NCBI GenBank assembly: GCA_965228485.1
Contig: OZ245819.1
Location: 600,001-632,000 of the forward strand
Reading direction: 5' to 3'
From: Candidatus Saccharimonadota bacterium
Lineage (GTDB): Bacteria > Patescibacteriota > Gracilibacteria > UBA4473
Length of the DNA: 32,000 nt
The notes under the pieces were generated by a model. It had not been told where the DNA came from, ran no database searches, and saw nothing but the letters and a program-made list of their open reading frames with translations. Positions 8,720-16,502 of the stretch are shown here, one piece after another (within the stretch, counting starts at the first letter, position 1; every line of letters begins with the position of its first letter). A program made the position numbers and the translations under genes.

Positions 8720-10834
8720 TTACTGATGGAAGTTAAAATAACTACATCGATGACGACAACGTTTTTGTTTTTGATGTACTTCTTGATCTAGCTCGGCATA
8801 AATTTTTTCAGAAATGAATCCTTTTTCTAAAAATTCCTTTTCTAGTTCTCGTTCTCTCTCTAAACAAGATCTTTCTGCCATTGCTGTTCTTAGAGGAATT
8901 ACAATGTCTGGAAACTCTCTCTCAATTGTATCCATTTTTGTTTCTGCATTTTTATTCCACCCACGATAACGTTCTATAATTTTTCTAGTAACCTCACAAT
9001 TTTTAAAAACGGGATGATCTTTCTTTAGCTTTTCCAAATCATAAACGACCTTCCAACTCGCAATTCTCCGAGCTCTATAGTGCTGAAGTCGAGCCTTAAT
9101 TCTTGTATCTCTTAGAATTTCAAAACATCGTTCTCCAGGTTTTTCAAATCCCATTTTTTTAAGGCTTGAAGCCAACCAGTGTGTTTTTGGTACCAGTGGA
9201 GCATACTGGTTCGAAGCTTTTCTTTCATCTGGTAGTATATCGTGATCTAGACGATCTGTTTGTCTCAAAATACTACTCTGCAATACAACAAATCTATCTT
9301 CTGAAATTTCTTCCATTGCAAAAAGTTTTCGATAGGTTTTCATTTCGATCCCTAGCGCAAAATGCGTAAGAACTTTTTCTAGTTCTCTGGCATCATTGGC
9401 AATCATTTTCTTCATTTTTCCAAAGTCTTTGAGACACTGTTCATGCTGAGCATCATACTGTGCTTTTAATTTTTTATGAATTGGCTCAGATATATATTTT
9501 CTCTCTAACATAGAGTCTAGATATTTGATGATATCTTCATTAATAATCAGACGCGCCTCACTACTCTGGAATTTTTCCGACTGTGTAAAATCTACAATAC
9601 GGAATTTTCTCAAAAGCCATCCAATAGTCGTCGCATTCAAAATAAAACTTGCCAAGATCACTCCAGCCGTCATAGCTTGCAATTCATGAGCATAAACATA
9701 ACTATCTGGAATCATCAATACTGCTGCCGCCCCTAGAGCCCCTCGTATTCCTCCCCAAGCTATAATAGTTTGTTCAGAAAACTTTGTTTTAATTCTGTTG
9801 TTTGAAAATAAATTCACAAAACCGAGCACTATAAAGACCGAAATAAAACGACCAATAAAAAGTGTTAAAATTACAGACAGCAAAATAAGCCAACTATAGT
9901 CCAGTAATTGTGCTTCCCCAAGCTTCAATCCCAGCAACATAAACACTAGAGCATTTGAAAGAAATCCCAGAAAATTCCAAATTTCTGAGAAAGATTTGTT
10001 AAATTGTGGTTTAAGTTTCCGTCTTCCAAAATTCCCCATTACAAGCCCCGCCGCCATGGTAGCGAGAATCCCTGAAACGCCTAAAACTCCCTCTGCAACC
10101 AAGAAAGCCATATGGGCCAGAACTAGACTTAAAGTTAATCGAACTCCTTTGTTTTCTGCATGAGCAATGGCTGAAGAGAAAACCACTCCAAAGATAATAC
10201 CAACCGCCAATCCTAAAAACAGAGAAGAAAGTAAATCCAATCCTTGCCAAGCAATTGATTCCACCGTAAAAGTAACGGCTACACCAGTAATCGCTAACTT
10301 TAAAAAGAATTGGAAAAATACCAGAGAAGTTCCATCATTAATCAAACTTTCTCCATCAACAATAGTCGAAAGTTTTTTCGGGGCTTTTAGCTCCTTAAAA
10401 ACAGCCAAAACCGCTACTGGATCTGTCGCGGAAATTAAGGCTCCAAATAAAAGACTCGCGGTCCAATCCCATCCAGCAATGAAGTGTAACCCTGAAGCTA
10501 CAATCATCATGGACAAAATAAGTCCAATAGTCGAAAGACTTATGACTTCTCGAATAACTCCCTGAAAGGTTCTAAAATTAAGATGATAGGCCGACTCAAA
10601 AATTAGCGTCGGCAGAAAAACATAAAAAATAATAGCGGGAGAAAAATCAACGGTATGTAAAAAATGAGAAAAACCAAAGACTTCTCCCAAATATCCAAGA
10701 CCAAGTCCTGATATCAAAAGCCCCACTGCAAAAGGAGCTTTTAAACGTTTACAAAACGCATGAATCACGGTTGCCAGTGTAAGTAACGTACACATAGCGA
10801 GCGCTCCGTAGAGAAGTAGGTGATGATCATGCAT
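8720..10834 (-). CDS. CPA1-family Na+/H+ (cation:proton) antiporter, NhaP-type, with a long cytoplasmic C-terminal domain
   Basis: Polytopic N-terminal ~410 aa containing ATDPVAVLAVFKELKAPKKLSTIVDGESLINDGTSLVFF, the NHE/NhaP signature. The C-terminal ~290 aa are hydrophilic and helical. Confidence 0.85.
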   Translation of the reverse strand: MHDHHLLLYGALAMCTLLTLATVIHAFCKRLKAPFAVGLLISGLGLGYLGEVFGFSHFLHTVDFSPAIIFYVFLPTLIFESAYHLNFRTFQGVIREVISLSTIGLILSMMIVASGLHFIAGWDWTASLLFGALISATDPVAVLAVFKELKAPKKLSTIVDGESLINDGTSLVFFQFFLKLAITGVAVTFTVESIAWQGLDLLSSLFLGLAVGIIFGVVFSSAIAHAENKGVRLTLSLVLAHMAFLVAEGVLGVSGILATMAAGLVMGNFGRRKLKPQFNKSFSEIWNFLGFLSNALVFMLLGLKLGEAQLLDYSWLILLSVILTLFIGRFISVFIVLGFVNLFSNNRIKTKFSEQTIIAWGGIRGALGAAAVLMIPDSYVYAHELQAMTAGVILASFILNATTIGWLLRKFRIVDFTQSEKFQSSEARLIINEDIIKYLDSMLERKYISEPIHKKLKAQYDAQHEQCLKDFGKMKKMIANDARELEKVLTHFALGIEMKTYRKLFAMEEISEDRFVVLQSSILRQTDRLDHDILPDERKASNQYAPLVPKTHWLASSLKKMGFEKPGERCFEILRDTRIKARLQHYRARRIASWKVVYDLEKLKKDHPVFKNCEVTRKIIERYRGWNKNAETKMDTIEREFPDIVIPLRTAMAERSCLERERELEKEFLEKGFISEKIYAELDQEVHQKQKRCRHRCSYFNFHQ

Positions 10835-10997
10835 TTTAGTAAAATCCTTTTAAATATTTTCTAAAATTGCGCAAGGTCTATTTTTTAAATATTAGTAAAC
10901 TATCGCGATTGGCGCTGCTTATCAATTTTAGATTGTTTTATCTTTTATATTTTTTTTTGAAGATTATAATTCCATTTGTTCTGAAAATTTTAAAATA

Positions 10998-12296
10998 ATG
11001 ATTGATATTATTGCCCTTCTAATCTTTGGTTTGGCCTTTATATTTATTATTTTTGAACCTTTCGAAAAGTCTATTATTGCCATGCTAGGAGCGCTTCTCA
11101 TGATTATTGTAGGAGTCTTAGATCCTCACCATGCGCTTTTAGCCATTGAATGGGAAACCATATTTCTTCTCTTGGGGATGATGCTGCTAGTTAATATGGC
11201 CAGCACAAGTGGGATTCTAGACTGGCTAAATGTGCATATAGCCACTTACACCAGAGGAAATCCACTAGCTATATTTATCTTCTTTTCATTAATAACAGCT
11301 GTTCTTTCTGCCTTTCTTGATAACGTTACTACCGTAATTTTGATCGTTCCAATCACCATCGCACTTCTTCAGGGAATGGGCAAGGATCCAAAACTTTATG
11401 TATTAGCTGAAATATTGTTTTCCAATGTTGGTGGGGCCCTAACTCTTATTGGGGATCCTCCCAATATTATCATCGGTGGAGCTAGTGGATTCACCTTTTT
11501 GGATTTTATGAAAAATCTATGGATTCCTATTTCGATAAGCATATTATTTCTATTTAGCTTCTTTTTTTGGCGATTTAGAAATGAATTTAAGCCTATTAAT
11601 ACGAACCTTGTTGAAAGTCACTTAGCAGCTATTTTGATCGAGAAAATTAAGCATCAATTCCTACGTCGAACTCTAAATAAACTTTTTATTATAAAAGTTT
11701 CCGTCGTTCTGGGCTGTACGATTTTAGGTTTTATGCTACAAGAACATACACATATCCCCGCCTTTGTTGTAGCACTCTTAGGGGGAATCACCCTCAGTAT
11801 CGTCAGTGCAAAACAAGTAGATATACATAAGGCTTATGCAAATGTTGAGTGGACAACACTCTTCTTCTTTATGGGACTTTTTATGATGGTCGCTGGAGTA
11901 GAAGAAACTGGGATTCTTGAATCATTGAGCCACTGGATGGTTGGAATTACCAACAATAAACTGGAATTAGCTTTATTGATTCTTTGGGTTGCAGGACTGG
12001 TTTCAATGGTTCTTGATAATATTCCTTTTGTGGCTGTTATGATTCCTGTAATTTTAGGCATTCAAAAAGAAATGGGAGAAAGTGAGACTGAAATACTTTG
12101 GTGGGCACTCTCCCTCGGAGCTTGCTTAGGAGGGAATGGAACTCTTGTTGGGGCTTCTGCTAATGTCGTTTCAGCAAATCTAGCTCGTAAAAATGGAGTA
12201 GAAATATCTTTTCTTGAATACACTAAGTTTGCCTTCCCATTAACTATCTGCCTTCTCCTTATTTGTAGTATATTTTTGTATTTTGTTATTACCTAA
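10998..12296 (+). CDS. ArsB/NhaD-superfamily (CitMHS-like) anion/ion permease
   Basis: 432-aa polytopic protein with SAFLDNVTTVILIVPITIAL and LVSMVLDNIPFVAVMIPV pseudo-repeat motifs, typical of the ArsB/NhaD/YbiR permease fold. Confidence 0.75.
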   Translation: MIDIIALLIFGLAFIFIIFEPFEKSIIAMLGALLMIIVGVLDPHHALLAIEWETIFLLLGMMLLVNMASTSGILDWLNVHIATYTRGNPLAIFIFFSLITAVLSAFLDNVTTVILIVPITIALLQGMGKDPKLYVLAEILFSNVGGALTLIGDPPNIIIGGASGFTFLDFMKNLWIPISISILFLFSFFFWRFRNEFKPINTNLVESHLAAILIEKIKHQFLRRTLNKLFIIKVSVVLGCTILGFMLQEHTHIPAFVVALLGGITLSIVSAKQVDIHKAYANVEWTTLFFFMGLFMMVAGVEETGILESLSHWMVGITNNKLELALLILWVAGLVSMVLDNIPFVAVMIPVILGIQKEMGESETEILWWALSLGACLGGNGTLVGASANVVSANLARKNGVEISFLEYTKFAFPLTICLLLICSIFLYFVIT

Positions 12297-12298
12297 AA

Positions 12299-13234
12299 AT
12301 GACAGGACACGTTAAAGACTCCGTCAGTGATCGTTACTCAAAACTTCTATTAGAGCTGGAAACTGATTGTGGCACGACTGATCTAACTACTATTGTTTTT
12401 AAAACATTACTTGTCTCGATCCAAAATTTAAAAGTTACAAATCTTAGAATATTCAAAGAGGAACTTGATGAGATTTACAAAAAATTATCTCATACCAAAC
12501 CACGCTTTGGAATCATTAATTACTATTTAAATCAACTAAGAGCTATTTGGGAAGGTGATTTTGCTGACAAGGAAGAATTGAGAGATATGTTGGTTGAAAA
12601 TATTAAAAAAAATTTGGAGGAGATACAAAAAAATAAACAGGATGTTCTTAATCATGTTGAAGAACTAAACACAGAAAGAAAAACTATTCTCATTTATGAC
12701 CACAGTCATACTATTCACAACATTCTTGAACATTTATTCAAAGAGAAACAACAAAAATTCAAAGTTATTATTGGTGAACAAGATTATCAAAAAACTCACG
12801 AAAATATTGAAGTTCTTCATCAAATTGGAATTCCCTTCCAGGTTGTTCCGGACTACATGCTTTGTCATATCCACGAAAACATTGATATGGTATTTTTAGG
12901 TGCTACAACACTAAAAGATACTATGACTTTTGTTATGGATCCAGGAACCTATGGACTCGTTTCTCAATTCAACAGTTTTAATATTCCTTGTTATCTATTT
13001 TGTTGTACCAATAAATTCAGTCTGTGGAACTCAAAACATCAAGATGAATTGTCTTTTAAAAAAGATAACCGATTGCACCCTCATAAATCCATTGAATACG
13101 AACGACTAAAGTATTCTCATGACAGAGTCAATGCTGAAAAATTCACGGCTATTGTAACGGATGAAGGTATATTCACTCCCCAAGAAATTAAAAAACTCTT
13201 CAAGCATAAATTTGAAGCTTTTGGTCATGAATAA
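12299..13234 (+). CDS. eIF-2B alpha/beta/delta-family protein (sugar-phosphate isomerase-like; divergent)
   Basis: The core ILIYDHSHTIHNILEHL...FKVIIGEQDYQKTHENIEVLHQIGIPFQVVPDYMLCHIHENIDMVFLGATTLKD follows the IF-2B family pattern (ILTHxNS...V.V.ExRP...G...L...GI....I.D......VD.V.vGA). It starts 2 nt after the permease stop. Confidence 0.5.
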   Translation: MTGHVKDSVSDRYSKLLLELETDCGTTDLTTIVFKTLLVSIQNLKVTNLRIFKEELDEIYKKLSHTKPRFGIINYYLNQLRAIWEGDFADKEELRDMLVENIKKNLEEIQKNKQDVLNHVEELNTERKTILIYDHSHTIHNILEHLFKEKQQKFKVIIGEQDYQKTHENIEVLHQIGIPFQVVPDYMLCHIHENIDMVFLGATTLKDTMTFVMDPGTYGLVSQFNSFNIPCYLFCCTNKFSLWNSKHQDELSFKKDNRLHPHKSIEYERLKYSHDRVNAEKFTAIVTDEGIFTPQEIKKLFKHKFEAFGHE

Positions 13235-13245
13235 GTATTCTTAAT

Positions 13246-13998
13246 TTATGCAAAAATTTCAAAACTGGATTTTCCAACCACACCACAGTTTTCCCACTGA
13301 CACGCATCTTTTCCATCAATCGTCACTTCGGTCCAACCATCACTAAGAGTTTTATGAGCTGTTTTACCACGGGCAACAATTGGTTCAATACATAATGTCA
13401 TTCCTGCTTTGAGCTTCATCCCTTCTCCCATTTTCCCATAATTCAAAACATATGGATCTTCGTGCATTTGATAGCCAACACCATGTCCCGTAAATTCCTT
13501 AACAATACTATATCCCGCTTCTTCTACTGTTCTCTGAATAATATATCCAATATCTCCCAAGGTATTACCTTCTACCGCTTTTTCACATCCTGCCTCAAGA
13601 GCACGTTTAACCGTTTGACTAAAACGGGCCCTTTCTGGATCCGCTTCATCACCACCAACGACCACTGTGAAGGCCGCATCAGTAATTAAATCTTTATAAA
13701 TCACTCCACAATCAACAGAAATAATATCACCATTTTGAAGAGCTCTGCCATCGGGAATTCCATGAACAATTTCTGAATTGATCATGGTACATAAAGTTGC
13801 AGGAAATCCATGAAATCCTTTAAAAGCAGGAACTCCTCCAGAATTTCTAATGAGTGTTTCAGCCTTTTTATCCAGTTCTAACAGTGTTACCCCTTCCTCT
13901 ATTGAATCTTTTACAATCTGATGCGCTGCCTGTAGAATTTTTCCCCCATCACGCATGATCTGGATTTCAGCTTCCGTCTTGGGGATAATATTACCCAT
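13246..13998 (-). CDS. map: Methionine aminopeptidase, type I
   Basis: Full-length MetAP-I with the metal ligands in context (ISVDCG, ITDAAFT, FTGHGVG, LCIEP, CQWEN). Confidence 0.92.
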   Translation of the reverse strand: MGNIIPKTEAEIQIMRDGGKILQAAHQIVKDSIEEGVTLLELDKKAETLIRNSGGVPAFKGFHGFPATLCTMINSEIVHGIPDGRALQNGDIISVDCGVIYKDLITDAAFTVVVGGDEADPERARFSQTVKRALEAGCEKAVEGNTLGDIGYIIQRTVEEAGYSIVKEFTGHGVGYQMHEDPYVLNYGKMGEGMKLKAGMTLCIEPIVARGKTAHKTLSDGWTEVTIDGKDACQWENCGVVGKSSFEIFA

Positions 13999-14001
13999 GG
14001 T

Positions 14002-14628
14002 TTAGGCTAAATCTAAAGCTTTACAAACCTCCTTTGTTACTTGGTCTAAATCTTGGTCTCCATTTACAGCAATTAATTTACCATCAGATTTATATCCTTC
14101 AATAACGGGTACGGTAAACTGCTCAAAGTTTTCTATCCTCTTTTGTATAGCCACAATATTATCATCCGCTCGACCTTCAATTTTCCCTCTCTCCAATAAT
14201 CGTGCAACCGCAACATCTGTTGAAAGTTCAATCTCTAGAGCAAGGAATTCTCTTCCTGCTTTTTCTAGTTCTTCCGAAAGTGTCTCCTGTTGTTCTATCG
14301 ATCGAGGAATCCCATCAAAGATCACGGGAGTTGAAGCGTCAAGGTTACTGAGAAAATCGGCAACAATCTCCATTACAATTTCATTTGGAACAAGGTCTCC
14401 ACAAGAAGTAATCTCTTTCACTTTCTGTCCTAAATCACTTTCTTCCTCTGCCATCGCTCTTAAAGCTCCCCCTGTTTCAAAAATCTTATAACCATATTTT
14501 TTAGCAAGTATTTTCCCCTGTGTTCCTTTCCCTGACCCCTGACGACCAATAAGAATAATATCTTTCATACGTTTTTTAGTATTCAAAAACGGCCACATCT
14601 TAATCCATTTTAAAATTTTTTCACGCAT
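14002..14628 (-). CDS. adk: Adenylate kinase (short-LID type)
   Basis: P-loop IILIGRQGSGKGTQ, then GGALR, and a short LID (GRADDN...KRI). The longest ORF starts at 14628. A start at MKDIILIG (14568) fits family N-termini better, so the true start is uncertain. Confidence 0.88.
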   Translation of the reverse strand: MREKILKWIKMWPFLNTKKRMKDIILIGRQGSGKGTQGKILAKKYGYKIFETGGALRAMAEEESDLGQKVKEITSCGDLVPNEIVMEIVADFLSNLDASTPVIFDGIPRSIEQQETLSEELEKAGREFLALEIELSTDVAVARLLERGKIEGRADDNIVAIQKRIENFEQFTVPVIEGYKSDGKLIAVNGDQDLDQVTKEVCKALDLA

Positions 14629-14690
14629 TTTTTACCAATAATAAAAGTCGAGCTTTACGAGGATTTTCCGACTCGCTAGAATGATACTAA

Positions 14691-15821
14691 ATGAAATACA
14701 AAAAAATACTAATCACGAGTGGAATCTACTGTTGTTTAATCTCAAGTATTGCCCTAGCGGCACTTCCAGAAAAAAGTGATACGACCAGTATTCCACCAAG
14801 AGATAAAACTGAAAACAACACCCTAAGCGTTCAAGAGTTTAATCAGATTTTAGGAACTCTCAGAGGCATTTTTAATTGGAATAAGTCTGGTCAAACACAG
14901 ATTGGTATTAACGATAGCACCCCTGATGAAGATCTCACATTAGATGTAGATGGAAAAATTGGAGCTGAATATTTTTGTGATGAAAGAGGAGAAAGCTGTA
15001 TCAAAGCTGGGAAATGGACTGTTTCAGGAGACAGCACTAAGCCAACGCCCTCTCAAGGGGAATCCAAAACAGAAACTTCTCAAGCCGCAGAATGCCAGAT
15101 TCGATATAGAGTAAAAGTTGGAAGCCGAGTTTCAGACTGGGTAGAAACTGGGGGAAATAGAATTCCTGAAGGACCATGGATAACTTTTAATAATACCGAA
15201 AAAGAAGTTTGTGCCGATAGAGGCTGTGGAATACAAATGGGGATCAAATGTCAAAAGGCAGAGAAAAACCCAAATCCAACCTCTTGTCAGGCTCGATATC
15301 GACTCTTCAATCCAAACAATACCGCTACTGATAGTGGATGGGTAACCACTCCTCGATCAGAAGAAATTGCTTGGCAAGATGGAGAATGGCTCGAATTCCA
15401 AGACTGGAAAAACTGGTGGTGGCAGACGGGCTTGCAGTGTCAATCAGAAGAAACCACTTGTCGGCTGAGCTATAAAACCCGAGACGAAAAATATGATTCC
15501 GATTGGGTAACCACGACTCTTACTCAAAATAAAATATGGGCTGACGGAAGTGCTCAACATCTTGAGTCAGATCGAGATCGTCCTTGTGACGGAATTCTTG
15601 GCTGTGGAATAAAACTCCGTCTACATTGTACGGAAAAAGATCATGTACCAAAAATTCCTATTTATCTCTGTCCACGAGAAAAATCTGCCAATTGTACTTC
15701 AACCTGCCAAGGGCAACTATCGGCGGACCCTACATGCGTCCTTACAAAAAACCAAGGAGAAGAATATTGTAGTGCTACTGAAACTAAAAACTGTAGTCCA
15801 CTAGGACATCTCGTTCGTTAA
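14691..15821 (+). CDS. Secreted Cys-rich protein with three ~55-aa repeats
   Basis: Signal peptide MKYKKILITSGIYCCLISSIALA|A. There are three modules of the form C-x-[IAL]-[RS]-Y-[RK]...[SD]-x-W-V-[ET]-T...C (aa 135-187, 199-250, 257-313), then a further Cys-rich C-terminus. Confidence 0.65.
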   Translation: MKYKKILITSGIYCCLISSIALAALPEKSDTTSIPPRDKTENNTLSVQEFNQILGTLRGIFNWNKSGQTQIGINDSTPDEDLTLDVDGKIGAEYFCDERGESCIKAGKWTVSGDSTKPTPSQGESKTETSQAAECQIRYRVKVGSRVSDWVETGGNRIPEGPWITFNNTEKEVCADRGCGIQMGIKCQKAEKNPNPTSCQARYRLFNPNNTATDSGWVTTPRSEEIAWQDGEWLEFQDWKNWWWQTGLQCQSEETTCRLSYKTRDEKYDSDWVTTTLTQNKIWADGSAQHLESDRDRPCDGILGCGIKLRLHCTEKDHVPKIPIYLCPREKSANCTSTCQGQLSADPTCVLTKNQGEEYCSATETKNCSPLGHLVR

Positions 15822-16450
15822 TCTTGCCACCAATTCTGAGGATCATCGTGAAAACGCTTTAGACTTTCAAACTGCTCTGTATCAATCACATTTTCATCCT
15901 GTAAAGCTTGAGCAATTTCATCAAAATTTGTCAGTGTCAAAATTTCTAAATTAGCACTTTTAGCATTTTCTAGTGACAATGGAGTACTCCATGTGAAGAT
16001 TGCACAAATAGTACTGACTGTTGCCTCCAGTTCATTTCTCAGAGCTTCTGCTGATTTGATAGAACTTCCTGCTGTTGAGATAGCATCTTCTACAACCAAT
16101 ACGTTGGGCTTTTCTATTTTTACCGTTCCTTCCACCATTTTTCCTGCCCCGTGACCTTTTGGTTTAGAGCGAACATAAAGCATCGGTTTCTCAGTTTCTT
16201 GTGCTACAAATGAAGCCCAAGGAATTCCTGCTGTTGCCGTACCAGCAACCACATCAGACTCAAGAGAGTTTTGATTTATCAAAGAAAGAAACCCCTCTAA
16301 AACCTGATTTCGTGCTTCAGGAATACCTATTAACTCTCGGCAATCACAATAGATTGGAGATTTAATACCCGAAGTCCATACAAATGGATCTTCAAAATTT
16401 ACTCTTACAATCTCATTTTTTACCAAAAGCCGAGCTATATCTTTCATCAT
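15818..16450 (-). CDS. pyrE: Orotate phosphoribosyltransferase
   Basis: FVWTSGIKSPIYCDCR and the PRPP-binding loop VLVVEDAISTAGSSI, at ~210 aa, match the PyrE pattern. Confidence 0.85.
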   Translation of the reverse strand: MMKDIARLLVKNEIVRVNFEDPFVWTSGIKSPIYCDCRELIGIPEARNQVLEGFLSLINQNSLESDVVAGTATAGIPWASFVAQETEKPMLYVRSKPKGHGAGKMVEGTVKIEKPNVLVVEDAISTAGSSIKSAEALRNELEATVSTICAIFTWSTPLSLENAKSANLEILTLTNFDEIAQALQDENVIDTEQFESLKRFHDDPQNWWQD

Positions 16451-16502
16451 TAAGCATCATAATAATCTCCAAATACAAAATCAAACTCAAGCCTACAATC
16501 TT

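Noticed and set aside
10835-10997. Possible small RNA or riboswitch in the 163-nt divergent spacer between the antiporter and permease genes
   Set aside because: I found no convincing conserved-looking helices or terminator. The spacer most simply holds two divergent AT-rich promoters.
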